DNA of 63,440 nt, filler included, from Reticulomyxa filosa (GCA_000512085.1; 16 parts of 16 records of this genome joined end to end with filler, not necessarily neighbours in it), one strand, 5' to 3'; positions 1 through 13,205 are shown, numbered from the whole stretch's first letter. The notes: a model not told the origin generated them from the letters alone. Translations and numbers: made by a program.

Positions 1-663
1 TTTTTCTTTTTCTTTATCTTTTTCTTTATCTTTCTCTTTCTCTGTATCTTTCTCTTTCTCTGTATCTTTCTCTTTCTCTGTATCTTTCTCTTTCTCTTCT
101 TCTTTTTCTTCTTTCTCTTTTTCTTTTACTTTCGAAACATTTTTGTCGCTACCATTTGTTATTGTTTCATTTGCACTTGCATTTGAATTTGCATTTGCAT
201 TTGTACTTGCATTTGCGCTCACACTTGCGCTCAGACTCGTTCTCGGTTTGACGGGTTGCTTCGGTCGATTGGTGGGTGTCTTCGTTTGAGGCTGCGGAGA
301 TTTGCTTTCTCCAGCCTTTGCATTCGTTTGTATTCTACCTTTTGGCTCCGCTTTTTCGTCCTCTTTCTCTGGTCGCCGGGTGCGTGCCGTGCTTTTTGCT
401 TCTGGATTGTTATCATCACCTTTGCTGCTATCTTTGCCTTGGGAGCGCTCTTCTCTCATTTTTCGCCTCTCTGCCGGTGATCGGCTTGTCTTTCGTACAC
501 CACTTTTTGATGGATCTGTTTCAGGTACTGAAATTGTCGTTTTCTTGGCAACTACGCGTTTCTCTGTCGCATCTTTATTTTCCCGAGGAGGATTGGGAGA
601 GCCTCCAATACTCTTTCGGGCCTGCGGTTTTGATGGATCAGCCCGAGTCGTTGATTCTGCCAT
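1..663 (-). CDS. Low-complexity Lys/Glu/Arg-rich protein, runs off the window edge (partial)
   Basis: Open minus frame from ATG at 663 (MAESTTRADPSKPQARKS...NASANETITNGSDKNVSKVKEKEKEE) into E/K/R repeats. An upstream exon is possible. No recognisable domain. Confidence 0.55.
   Translation of the reverse strand, partial: MAESTTRADPSKPQARKSIGGSPNPPRENKDATEKRVVAKKTTISVPETDPSKSGVRKTSRSPAERRKMREERSQGKDSSKGDDNNPEAKSTARTRRPEKEDEKAEPKGRIQTNAKAGESKSPQPQTKTPTNRPKQPVKPRTSLSASVSANASTNANANSNASANETITNGSDKNVSKVKEKEKEEKEEEKEKDTEKEKDTEKEKDTEKEKDKEKDKEKEK
31..95. repeat. 18-bp coding tandem repeat (TCTCTTTCTCTGTATCTT) x~3
   Basis: Directly visible; encodes a charged repeat on the minus strand. Confidence 0.8.
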
Positions 664-968
664 CACTGATGAAAGATACTACTTAAAAAAAACTTGATTT
701 AGTACTCAACCACCAACTAGTTTTTTCAACAATTCGACTTCTCTCTTGCCACTGTCATGTTATCTTTTGACACAAAATTTACTGAAAGCAATCATAAAAA
801 AACAGATCTTGTTATATTCGTTAAAAAAATAATACTGGCAAGAAAAAGATGACACTTTCGATGAGAGATTAGGCTACAGATATATTTTTTATCTTAATTT
901 TTTGTTTCTTTGGGTTAACAAATTTTGGGCACTAAACCTGTAAAAACGGAAAACCTTTTAGTTAAAAA

Positions 969-1631
969 ATGACAGAATCAGAGCTGAATGAAAATGAAAT
1001 ATTTTCGGAAGCAAGTGAACAACATTTCAATTCTACAACTGAAAAGAAGTTGGGACACGCATGGGCCCCTCCTCGTGTGTTTCGTGGACATCCTAGATGG
1101 GCACCAACTAACGACGTAGAAGACGTCAACTGTGTATACTTTCTGGTGGGGACCAGTTATCGTGCAGCAACCAAAGTAAGGTACAATTGGTTAACTGATC
1201 GCACAAAGATTGACAACTTTGTTGACAATCAAAATCTCCAAAAAGAGAAAGAGTTCTCCGGATCTTTCCTGGACTGTATCCGGTTGAAGTACTTGATGAA
1301 CGAAAATGTTGCTATACAAACCCTGGTAAATAGATTTGGTATCAATGAGCCATACGCAACACAGGAATATGAAAAAAACCATATTTATACATTTCGTGAA
1401 AAGCCTCCATTATACTTTCAACAAAAAAATGGTGAGATACCACAGTGGAGGTATAACGAAATGAAGTATCAGTCAAACATCGGTCTGTCACAATTATCGA
1501 ACGAACATTTCTTATATTTAAGAAAAAAATGGGGAAAATATTACAAAATGTATGTTTTTCGCAGTAAAATGAAAGCCTTTCTGATAAAGAAATATCACAA
1601 ATACCAGCCCAACAACGAAACTAAGATGTGA
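969..1631 (+). CDS. Hypothetical protein, 220 aa, intronless
   Basis: Clean ATG-to-TGA ORF with AT-rich flanks and protein-like composition; no family recognised. Confidence 0.6.
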   Translation: MTESELNENEIFSEASEQHFNSTTEKKLGHAWAPPRVFRGHPRWAPTNDVEDVNCVYFLVGTSYRAATKVRYNWLTDRTKIDNFVDNQNLQKEKEFSGSFLDCIRLKYLMNENVAIQTLVNRFGINEPYATQEYEKNHIYTFREKPPLYFQQKNGEIPQWRYNEMKYQSNIGLSQLSNEHFLYLRKKWGKYYKMYVFRSKMKAFLIKKYHKYQPNNETKM

Positions 1632-2136
1632 ACATTACTCAAAATTGAGATCAAAGTAATGAAAATATTCAATGATCACTTCAAACAACTTGTGGGAGCC
1701 TCTGACATGCAAAAAAACCCGGTTCACATAGAAGAAGAAAAAGACACTTGCAGTTTTTTATCGTGTGCTTTTATTAATTCACTATGAATAAAAGATCGAT
1801 TTATGTCGTAACAAATCCAATCTTTTTAAATAAATTATATAAAGACTTTTAAGTTGTACGTTGGTACATTTTCACACACCCAAGAAAATATTTATTTTTT
1901 AAAAGAGAACAATTATTTTACAAAGAAAAAGTTAACTTACAATTTGCAAATAAATAGCAACATGCAGTGAGAAAAAAATTAATGAGATAAATTGACCAAA
2001 AGCTATTTTTATGAAATATTTCTATTGTGAACACTAGTCGTTTTAAATGAGACGCAAAAAAAACTGGAATTAATTTCCTTCAGAACATCACAAAATCTCT
2101 TTTTTCTATGGTTTACGTTTTTTTTGCACTTTTTAT

Positions 2137-4057
2137 TTATTTTTCTGAGTCCAAAAGACGCATCTTAGAATCTGTAGTGTTTCCTTCTTCAAGGATACCA
2201 GATTTATGTTGACTTTCTTGAGGAAGATCATTGCTGGGATGATTTTCTATCAGCCTTTCTTCTTCCGAAAGTAAATTAAGTCTGTATCTGTCGTCTTTGG
2301 GATTGTGTTTATCGGTCATGGCAATAAGTTCAACTTTGCCTTCTCCAATTCTTTTGGAAACTTTGCGTTGAACTCGTAATTTAGCCCGTTTAATAACAGG
2401 TAAGAATCCGGGCTGCTTCAAAGAAGGCGCAGGACCGTCAGGAGGTCTTGGATAGTCTTGAATAGACATTTGTCTTTCATCAATGCTTGTTTCGTATTCA
2501 TCTTCGATACGTTCTTGTATCAATTGCTCCATAATGTCTTCCAATGTAATGCATCCCAAAAAGACAACTGAGTTTGGTATGGATTGATTTGACGAGAAAC
2601 ATTCATTCACAATGTCAACGTCTTTGGTAATCAAAGCAAGGTGCGTCCTTTTCTCGCGAAACATACTCAAAGCCTGAATCATGGATGTATTAGGAGACAT
2701 GATCACAGGTTTGCGACGCACATAATTTCCCAGCAAAGGAGCGTCGTTCGGATTTACTAAAATCAAATCCTTAATTAAGCAAATCCCAACGATGTCCATG
2801 GCATGTTCTTTGAACACTGGAACACGTGAAAATCCGCATTCCCAAACTTTTGTTAAACCTTCTTCGTTTAAATTCAAATCAAATGGGAACGCCTTCACAT
2901 TTTTCCATCGAACCATTTGTCTTTCCACTGTTAGCATACGCAATTTCAATGCGCCATCTGTTGTTGTTATTCATAATCAAGCTCTATTCATCACAACTTG
3001 TTTTATTTTGTAAATATACAGAGAAGGAGATCGAGAGAATATGCACGAATATACAAAAAAATAATTCTTAATTACGTACACTACCTAGAAACAGCAACTC
3101 ATCTTTGTGAAATTGACCTCTCGCCTCTTTATCTTGAGATATTATTCCAAATAAATTGCTCATTTCTTCGTGTGTGAACACGACAGAATGTTTGTGTTTG
3201 ATTATTTTGTCGAGTAGCAACGACAGCGGATACGTGACAGGGAAAAATATGATCTGTAACAATCTCACCAGCCACGCAAAATTGTACCCCGCTTTTACAG
3301 GATCATTGGCCAACAATGCCTGTGGCAATATTTCTCCAAATATCAGCACAAATGTCACTGATATTATTACGGCAAGCCACGACGCGACCAGCTGATCCAA
3401 AAATATTGGCAATGATTCCATTGCCGCTGCATTCGCGACAAGTAATGTTACCAACAAGAAATGTTGGTTCTTTATTATCGGTTTAATACGTTTCACTATC
3501 TTTCTCAACACACATACAATCATCATTAACATTTTCATTGAAAAAGTTCTTGGACGGAACAAAGCAGAAGCTTTCGATCCTTTGTTACTTTTCAAACCAA
3601 AACAATCCCTCATTCCCTTTTTCTATATTATACTAATTTTACCTCAAAACACTGGGCCATACACGGCAAAGAGGCCTTCGAAACAGAAACACATAAAAAA
3701 CACCTTTTGGTCATAAGGCCTGGTAGAGTTTTCCATGATCTTAATCTTTAAGGGATCGATGGAAAGCAGAGAGACATTTAAACCGCTTGTAATGCCACTG
3801 AAGGCAACAAGTCCAATGCATACAAGAATGAATGGTAATGCTTCTTTCAAAGGTAAATCCCGTATCACTTGGGAATAAAACCAATTGCTATTAAATTGAA
3901 ATTGAGTTGAACTTGTCCGTGCATCATCCAACGGAACCATTTTGTAAGCAACACCTTGTTGATCAACATACCGACTCGAACCATCAGATAAATGAAGCAC
4001 GGTCAAATTGACAAACTCTTTAGCAATTATTTCTAATCCAAAGTAATCTAAACTCAT
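2137..4057 (-). CDS. CNNM/CorB-like metal (Mg2+) transporter, DUF21 + CBS pair, 3 exons
   Basis: DUF21 motifs SGITSGLNVSLLSID, HFLLVTLLVANAAAMESLPIFLD and FGEILPQA; CBS motifs GFSRVPVF and GCITLEDIMEQLIQERIEDE. Introns at ~3501-3703 and ~2959-3082. Confidence 0.92.
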
Positions 4058-4234
4058 TCTTTCTCAATCCAATACGTTCGAAAAGACAAAAAAAAAATCC
4101 GTACTTCAAAATACCTTAAAAAACAAAATGCTATTAAGAAATGGCAAAAATTGAAAATATATTTTCTAGTTTTTCAGCAAAACAATCTCAAAAAACAAAA
4201 CTCAAAGTAAAAAAACTTTCCTGTTGAAATAGGC

Positions 4235-5688
4235 ATGGCCGAACTAATAGCAAAAGAACTCGTAAACTTGACATTAATTCACGTGAGTGGTGCCTCATAT
4301 TATAAGGATGAACAGGGCTACTATTATCGTCAAGTGTTGGCAAACTCGGCAGGTGAAAACAACGAGGAACAAATTTTTAAACCACTTTCTGCGTCTCAAT
4401 TGATTGGGAACACAATTCTCTGTTCTGTGTTGGTCCTGTTTGGTGGACTAACAAGTGGACTAAACCTGTCGTTGCTTTCAATTGATCCACTGAAAATAAA
4501 ATTGATGGAGCAATCTAGTCAACCTTATGATCGCAAAGTTATCCAAAACAAAAACCAATCGTTTTCTAATCTTACATCCAATGTTTGCTTTGATACTCAA
4601 AAAAGGTTGTAAAACGCATCAAACCAGTAATAAAAAATCAACACTTTTTGTTGGTCACGTTGTTGGTATGTAACGCAGCAGCGATGGAAGCATTGCCAAT
4701 TTTTTTGAACGAAATGATGGTTGATTGGATGGCAATTATAATATCGGTGACCTTTGTTTAATTTTTGGAGAGATATTGCCTCAGGCTATATTGGCAGCAA
4801 ATCCATTGAAGGCAGGATATCACTTTGCATGGATAGTATTGGTATTGGAAGTACTGACTTTCCCAATAACATACCCATTGGCGTTGTTATTAGATGTAAT
4901 GCTCAAGCACGATCACTCAGTCCTTTTTACGCACCAGGAAATGACAAACCTGTTTGGTATTATTGCGAAAGATAAGGAATATGCTGATACAAAACAAGAA
5001 TTTGAGGGCGACGAATTGTTACTATTGCGTTTCGTGCGCTCTGTTTGTGCGTTGTATCGTTTTTGGTATTATTGTTTGTTTGCTTGTTTACTTTTGCAGA
5101 AGGAGCACTAAAATTGCGTTCGTTAGCTGTTGAAACAGAAATGGTGAAATGGGAAGACGTGATCAAGTTGCCATATGATTTGCCATTAAATTCGGACGGA
5201 TTGGAAAAAATTTGGGAATGTGGATTTTCGAGGGTTCCTGTGTACAAGGAACATGAAATGGACATTGTTGGCATTTGTTTGGTCAAAGTTTAATTGGACC
5301 ACAAACTTTTTTTTTAAAAATCTTGTACACATCCTTAAAAAAAAGGACTGAAACAATAAAAATTAACCAGGACTTACTTTTGGAAGGAGACTCGCAGCAA
5401 GTTCTTGGCGACTGTGTTCGTCGTAAGCCCGTAATTATGACGCCGGAGACAACAATGATTAAAGCTCTGAACATTTTTCAGGAAAAAAGAACTCACTTTG
5501 CTTTAATAACACGAGACGTGGACGTTGTTAATGAATGTTTAGATAAAAGTCTCACTATTCCTCGTTCAGTTCGGTTTTTAGGGGCCATCACTTTGGAAGA
5601 CATTACCGAGCAGCTTATCCAAGAAGAGATTGAAGATGAGTATGCAAAAAAACAAAAACAGCAAACAGATGAAAAAGTTGACAGTTGA
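4235..5688 (+). CDS. CNNM/CorB-like transporter paralog, DUF21 + CBS pair, 4 exons, one homopolymer frameshift at ~4757
   Basis: GGLTSGLNLSLLSID, NAAAMEALPIFL, FGEILPQA, GFSRVPVY and GAITLEDITEQLIQEEIEDE; colinear with the divergent paralog. Confidence 0.9.
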
Positions 5689-6424
5689 TAAATGTAAAAA
5701 AGTAAAAGAAAATGGATGATTAACTCTTCCATTTTTTTTGAGAAGATATTTGTTATGTTGGTACGAAAAAATTATTACTTTGAAAAATAGCGAGACAAGT
5801 GTTTTCTAATTTTTGTGTGTGAAAGCTATTCCTAAGTTTCATTTGTACGCCGTCAAGAGTGCGATAATATACTTCTTTTTTTAAAGTCGGAATAGATACT
5901 ATCGTTTGTGGATGTGCAAAAATATTGCTATTTCAAAGTAATTGTACAATCAACCAAAAAAAAAGGTTCCTAAAATGAACACTTACATGTGTTTGTGGTT
6001 TATTCATGAAAAACAGATTTTTTCATTTTTTAAAATGATATATGTACGCACCATGGAAATCCAAAAATGTACTGGTTTTCTATACCTTTATTAAAAATCA
6101 AATATATTTTTGATTCTGATGAATAGACTTACAAATGCTTAGGAAATTTTTTTTGCATTAGTCATTTTTTGGTTGATTACAAAAGAGGAAACTAAAAATC
6201 TTGGTGATTATTTGAAAATAATATCCGCTCTGTTCAAAATAATGATGTTAAAATAGTAAAACAACGATTTTAGAAAAGACAAGTAAAAATTGGATTTGTT
6301 TGAGGTTTTTATGCAGAAAAATTAATTTAGTTGTTTGGGATACATCAGCTTAGTGTCGAAACATGAATTAATTCCAAAAACTCCCAGTACAAGTCAATAC
6401 GGTCAACAAATAAAAAATAGTAAA

Positions 6425-8328
6425 TCAAATGTGAAGCGTCCCCAAAGCTAAATCAGCAAAAGGATCTTTTTCTGCTTTCTTGTTCTTTGGATTTTGCTGA
6501 GATTGAGTCGGCTGCGAGTTAATATTTGCAAAAGGGTCATTTAAGTACAACTTATTTGCATTTGACGGTATATTCATTGGAGGATTAACAAAAGATGGAG
6601 TGTTGTTAATGGGAATCTGTGCAAAGATATCGAAATTGTTAGTACTGGGCTGAGTGTTAACTGTATTATTCAAGTGCAAGCCATCGAAGAGATTGGGATT
6701 GGAAGTAGGATTAAAATTGACAGTAGGATTGGAACTAGGATTGGAATTAGAAATGAAATTGAAGCTGGAATTACCGTTGGAAGTGATATTGGCATTGGCA
6801 TTAGTAATGTAACTAGGGTTAGAATTTGTACTTTCTCTAGTATCAAAACCAAGTGACAGTAGTCCATCATCTGCATCGGTAGTAGTGGTTGGATTGGCAA
6901 TATCCAAACCTGCAAACATGCCACCGTCCTCTTCTTTATCATCAGTGTAGTCTTGGCTTTGAGGTTCAGTTTGATGTTGATTTTGTGAAGTCTCATTGAA
7001 CATCCAAGAATCTAATTCAAAATTGGTATCTCTCTTCTCTCCATCAAAGGTAACAGGATGGGAAACCTCGCTTTCAGTTTCGGCATCCAGCCCGATTCTA
7101 TGGGCAATAGCACCCCCTTTTTTCTTTAATGAAACTTTTTTGCTTTGTGCCAAGGCTTGCAAGTTTTCTGGACTAGCACGAAAATACTCGGCCACAACAT
7201 GAGCAGATGTGTCATTGAGTAAGGCTTCAATTAGAGTCAATGCCTTTGCCTGAGCTTGCCAAGAACTGTTGTCTGCCAATTTCTCGTCCAAAAACTCTAA
7301 TACATGGGATTGCGATAAATTCTGAAATTGTTGAAGTTTTAATTTCAAATCTGGTATCTTATCCCCGATTCCGCCTGCCGTGATCACTGAATTCACCCAT
7401 TGTCTTTCATAGGAGCCGTCGGTCGTACGATTTGAACTCTTTGCACTGCTGATTGCATATCCAATACCACTTTTTGAATTGTCATCTTGTTCCAGATCTT
7501 CGTCGCTGTTCTCTTCTTTTTTTTTAAAATCTTTTTGACCGCCTGTTTCGTTTTTCCAATTTCCTCCAATTTCACCTCGAACCCTTTTTGTCGAAGTGCG
7601 ACTGATTTGATTGTCCAATTTCCCTTGCGAATGCGGATATTCCGTCGTAAATGTGTTGGGATTCACATAAGAAGCTTTTTGTTTCTGTTGATACGCAACT
7701 GTGGCTTTGGGTTTGTAATCCGTATTTCCAAATCCTTGGTTAAAAGCATAAGGTCTTGTGTTTGACGAATCCGACACTGCTGGTGCTCGGCTAGTGGGTG
7801 CTGATATATTGAACGTGCCTTGGTTTTCATTGCTCGGTCCTGCTGCTTTTGGTCCTTCTCGGCCTATTATGCGGTTGGCCAATTTACTGTTGTCTATTTG
7901 AGTCGATGAAAACACAGCGTCCATAGCCTCTTTGGCTGCTTTTCGAACATTCTCATAGGGCGAGTCGCCGTACACTGCATCAGGAGGACCACGAAACTCT
8001 GTTAAATTATATTACACACAAATAAGCGAACATTTTTTCAAATGTTTTTATTTTTATACGTACGTGCGCAAGCCCGAATTTTGTCGGTATGGCTTTGCCA
8101 TGATTGCTTCCAGCGTGGTGCTCCGTGATCACACAAGTATTTGATGACCCTAAGGGTTTTGTATTTGATGTAGGGTTTGTTCTTTTCCAGTCGGTTCAAC
8201 AAAAGATTTTCAAGGGTACGACAATCCTCGATCGAAAGAGTTTTTGTCGCTAATTCTTGTAAGACAAATCCCGGTGGTTGATCACGGTTGTCTACTGTTG
8301 CTTTATTCACCAATGTACCAATCGACAT
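6425..8328 (-). CDS. TEPSIN: Tepsin (AP-4 accessory ENTH/VHS protein), 2 exons
   Basis: N-terminal ENTH (LVNKAT...PPGFVLQELA...IKYKTLRVIKYLC...YGDSPYENVRKAAKEA), a second VHS-like domain (LDEKLADNSSWQAQAKALTLIEALL) and tail motifs MFAGLDI, LFDGLHL and SSFNFI resembling AP-4 ear-binding motifs. Confidence 0.85.
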
Positions 8329-8897
8329 TGAAAAATGAGGATGAAAATAGATGTTACTTGGAAAAAACCAAACCTTTTGAGAAAAACAAAAGGGTTTGCC
8401 ACAACAAAAAGTTATAAAGAATAATCTTACCACAAATGACAGAACCAAAAATCAATATAACACATTTGACCAATTTAAATGAAACTTGTCATAAATCTAT
8501 CCTGATCAAAAAGAAGCGCACATAAAAATAAAACGTACAAAATCTTTAAAAGTAACTTTACAAAATTTAATCAAATTGTAGTATTCGAGTAAAATATTCT
8601 TTTTATCTTTGTTAAAGGAGATTTTGGACAGTGAATAAAACAAAGTTTTAAAATGTTAAACAGTCTAGAATATTTATGAGAGCCCCAAAAGCTTACTTTG
8701 ATGTATGTTTTGTTAGATTTAAAACGCGTATAAATTTTAAAAATGTTGTGTTCTGCTGGGTGTTCGTAAGTCAGGTTGCCAAGGACTGTAAAACTTGTCT
8801 TTTGGGTTTTTTTAGGGGTGCTCATTGGGAGTGCAAGTTTTCGAAATTTTTTATCTGTTTTTGAGAGGAAAGGTAGGCTAACGAAGTTTTCACGCAG

Positions 8898-10597
8898 ATG
8901 ACAGATCTTTGTGGCCCATTAGTATACAACGTAACTTCATTACGAAATGGAGTCGCTCCTCAAGCCTCCGGAGCCAAGAGCCAGTCTCAAAAAAGTTGTA
9001 TAAAATTTGAGGGGATTGGAATTGATACTAACAAATGGAATAAAAATGAAGAGATGTTCTCTTTATTGAGGCAAGGCACAGAAAGTGGTGAGCCAGCTCT
9101 GAAATTCCAAAGAATAAACACAGGACAAAGATTGAGAAAAATTTCACAGGTAATTACAAAAATATGTTTTGAATAGTTAACAATCGCATATCGATTGAAC
9201 TGATACAGAGTGGTGATCCACCGAATGAGCAAGCAGAAGAGCAGAGTTGTGTGGATGAATATTCTCGAAAAGAAAAGCTGAAAACAAAAAAGTCGAAATT
9301 GGTCCAGGATCAGGCGAAAGTTGAAGATTTGCAAATCGTAGACAAATTGAGAAAATGGCTTTTAGACATTTCTCGAAAAGTGGAGGGCACCACGGAATCA
9401 GAGAATATTTCCAAATTGAGTTTGCAAATGTGTATGCGTATGTATTTGATGTTGTGAATGAATGAAGTATTTTGTATGTGTGTTTTTTATGCAATCAAAA
9501 AAGGTCCTGGAGACAACGCAAAAGTCATCCGATTTAATAAGATATGTCCCGGACATACTATGGTGCGTTGCATCCAAGAGAAATACGATATGCAAAAAGG
9601 AGGGGCACGCCTATGCATTGACAACTGCGCATCGTGTCCATTCAACCTTTTCAAACTCGACAAATCGAATTCGGAGTGGTATTGCACCACAGCGGCGGAC
9701 GATGGACTGAAGGACTATTTATCTTGTTACAAGATAAAAACGACCCGAGGCCAAACGACAGAGATCGTGAGATTCCCCAATTTGGTGCTTCACACTTGGA
9801 TGGGTGATAATCAGTCCAACCGGCTCCAAAAACAACACAAAATCAAAGTGTTGAAAAAAGAGTATTTTAAAAAAATTCGAACGGCGGCAGTTTCGTACAT
9901 AGCAATAATCTTTGTTTGCTTTTCTTTGTACAAAAGAGCACATTGGATTGGATTGATCGACAATACGTATACAATCGCTTTCGTATAGCCAACCAAAGCC
10001 TTGCAACCGTTGAATCTCTCTTATCCGCGTTTTTGGATTGAAATTGAAAAAGCAAACGTCTATTTGGCAGTGGAAGACATGAGTGCATTACAACGCTATG
10101 ACTTCAAAGCCGGGAAACGTCCAGTGGACAGCTCAATTGGCGCTTATGTGGACAAGTCGATGGAGGTCCAATTGGCAATTACCGCTTCCTTTGACACAAA
10201 GATTAACTTTGTTTGGTACATTCGAAAGGATTGGGCGTTGAAAAACGCTATCACCACTTTTGGAATGCGTTTGAGAGGAAATGATACGTACGATGATTGG
10301 GTCTGGTCCGATCATATTGAGGTAAGCTCCAAGTATATCCATACTTATTTGCCAATGCTACTTCCTTTGTATCTTGTTTGTGGCAACGACAACTGTTCAA
10401 CAGGAGGTACGGCCTTCTCCAACCGTACATACCTCTCACACACCCCCTTTCGTTGTATCCAGTCTTTTGAATCGCACGCCAATTTCAGGACATCACGTCT
10501 CGGAACAACCAATACAAGACTTCAAGAAAGTGGGTTGCACCGAAATGTCCATATCCAATCTCAAATCTCCAAGTCCAAGTCCGACCAATTCGCTTGA
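8898..10597 (+). CDS. Hypothetical multi-exon protein
   Basis: Chain of + strand ORFs (8898, 9251, 9458, 10001) separated by short GT..AG AT-rich intervals; no family recognised; 3' end uncertain. Confidence 0.5.
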
Positions 10598-11663
10598 GGT
10601 TTGACACTTTTTCTTTTTGTATGCGTATGGCATATGTAAAAAATTTGCACGTGTACAAACTTTTAAAAATAGACTGGTGGTGCATTTCCAAACAAGTTTT
10701 GTTCTGTGTATCTTTCTCTTGGATAATCCCATCTCCTACAGTCGATTTGATTTTTGATTGCGTGGACTTGAACAGTAAAAATTTGGTGAAACAGATTAAA
10801 AAAGAGGTACCTTTTTTTTTTAAGATTTTTCTGACAGATGAACGGAATCTTGAGCAGGCAGTGTTTGTGTCTTTTGACAAAAAAACACAATAGTCTACAA
10901 AAAAATTGTATGCCTATTACGCGTTTGACGGGCACATCATATACGAAGACTTGTTTGAAGAGAATAACGAACAAGTTCTTTTTTATGTCAAACGTTGTTT
11001 CTAATTTTAAAACGGCTTTTTGCTTGAATGAATAGATCACCATGGACAACTTTCCGGAAGAGGACCCATTTTATCAGTCATTGAAATCCTTGTAACTTAT
11101 GATAACATTTGCCCCTCATATATCTTTGCACTTATTAATTGTAACACTAATAAATAAGTGCAAACGCTGTTTTGTTTTTGTTTTGGAAGTCTTGGATTTA
11201 CTAGTCGCTTTTTGGCTAATTTCAATTACTGTCTTCTGTGCAATTTCCAAGCAAACATTATGTTGCATGTACGTGCAACACAAGGGTACTATGATTTCAA
11301 ACATTACGTACCGCGTTAACAAAAATTTTCAAGTTTGCAAAAACTCCAGCACTCAAAAAATTCACTCCAAATTTGAAAGAGTACGTAAGAAAAATTTTAG
11401 TAATTAAAACATTTTTTTAATGAAAAATGTACATTTGCTACAAGAAAATTTGAAGATTTTATTGCATAAACTTTTTGTCCTTTCAATAAAAATTCAAAAA
11501 AACTTTACATTACATAAAATTTCAAAATTAGAATTCAAATTTCACAAAAATATTTTAAAAATTAAATTTTAATTGTTGAATTTTTTCAAAACTACTAAAG
11601 ATACAAGGCTAATTCTTTTTAAAGTATCTACGTGACTAAAAAAAGAAACAAATTTAAAAATTT

Positions 11664-11760
11664 TACAGTTAGTGACAAAAGTTTTACACTAAAATAACAC
11701 ATTATGAGAGATCGATTTTCTAAGTCAAAAATCAACATTTTTTCAAAATTTTTTGTCAAT
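11664..11760 (+). mobile_element. Degenerate Tc1/mariner-like terminal inverted repeat end
   Basis: Begins TACAGT, then continues with tatgagagatcgattttct...aaaatcaacattt, similar to 34587-34700 and 60320-60380. Confidence 0.55.
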
Positions 11761-12214
11761 TACAAACATTTAATTATTTTCTTATTTTATGAAATTTAAT
11801 TTCATTGTATTATTTTTACGTTCAATATTTTTTGGGTTTTTTTCCTTGTTTTCATTGTTTATGGTTGTTCAGATCAATTTGATTGTTCTGCAAACGTGAA
11901 TAACACTGTTGGAAGATTTTTTATTTGATAATTTTTATTTTGTTTGATTGTTTCAGTCGAAATTTTACGAGATTTTGATTTTGATATCTTGATATTGAGT
12001 TTGATTTTTTTGAGATATTGGAAGTATCTTGAAGTTTCAAATATATTACGACATGTTTTCACTTAAAACGTGTAATATCGTCACGATGATTTGATATAGT
12101 TTTTTTTAAAGAAAGAGGAATTATTGAAGCATTACAATGTATATTATCTCACAAAGCACAAGGACAAGATAATATAAACAGCAAATGATCAAAAATGGAC
12201 AATCAATTATCGAA

Positions 12215-13205
12215 CATTGTTATTATTTTTTAATAGGAATTTTAAAATTGGATATGTTCCAAGATTATGGAAACGAGCGAACAATGTTACAATTACAAAA
12301 CTAGATCTAGATCAGAGAATATGTAAGTATTAAAGCAAAGTATCACTTGATATACCTCAGTCACATGACAATTACGACGAGTACAACAACAAAGAAACAA
12401 GTGACATAGAAAATGATCAATGAACGAGTTAATCATTTTCCAGAATAATATAAACGGTCGATTCGAAAGCTCAACTGATGGGGTAGAATCTCCGCGCAGT
12501 TCAACTAAATATCTGTCTCCTTCGGGAGTGTTTCAGGTTGAGAATAGAGTTATCAGAGCTCTAGAATATGACAATCAATTTTGGGGAGAAACGAAGAAGA
12601 TATATATTCTGTGTCGACAAAACATCCATGCAACCCAAAAAAATCCATTAGTTGAAGAGGAGATTTCGAAGGAGTCGCAATCAAGATAAGAAGAGTTATT
12701 GGTATCGTGGTTCGCACGACCTCCACAGTTCCAAGTCACACCAAAGAAACGAATAAATTTTACAGCTCGTTGAAGATGAAATCTCAAATATTGTGGAAAT
12801 ATCAAGAGAATGTGAGATCAATGAGCATTCCCTTGATTCATTCGATCAGTACCAAGGACCAATTACGGAAGAAAAAGTCATTGAATCACTGAGGCAAATA
12901 TCAGTGAACAATGCGCAAGGATCATTGACTCTATCGTGATATTATTCGATTGAGTCAATCGTGGCATATGCGATTACGGAATCAATTTATGCTTCATTTG
13001 ACTAGAACTCAGTCACTTACGCAGTATTGCTGGATATTTCCTCGGCATACGATAGTGTGGAGAGATTGTCTGATATACAAATGTGACGGGAATTCAATAT
13101 TAATTGAAGGTTATATTGGCTTGATAGTTTTCTGAAAGAAAGAATATGTCAAATAGTCTTGAACGGAGTTAGCCAAATTCAGAAACTAGAGTCCCACAGG
13201 ATAAT
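12215..13205 (+). mobile_element. Decayed non-LTR (LINE) retrotransposon reverse transcriptase fragments
   Basis: FNRNFKIGYVPRLWKRAN (~12230), PITEEKVIESLRQ (~12860), AVLLDISSAYDSV (~13021-13060), WLDSFLKERICQIVLNG and VPQ (~13120-13200); many stops and frameshifts. Confidence 0.8.

Noticed and set aside
256-697. Plus-strand ORFs at the window start
   Set aside because: Antisense shadows of the minus-strand charged protein.
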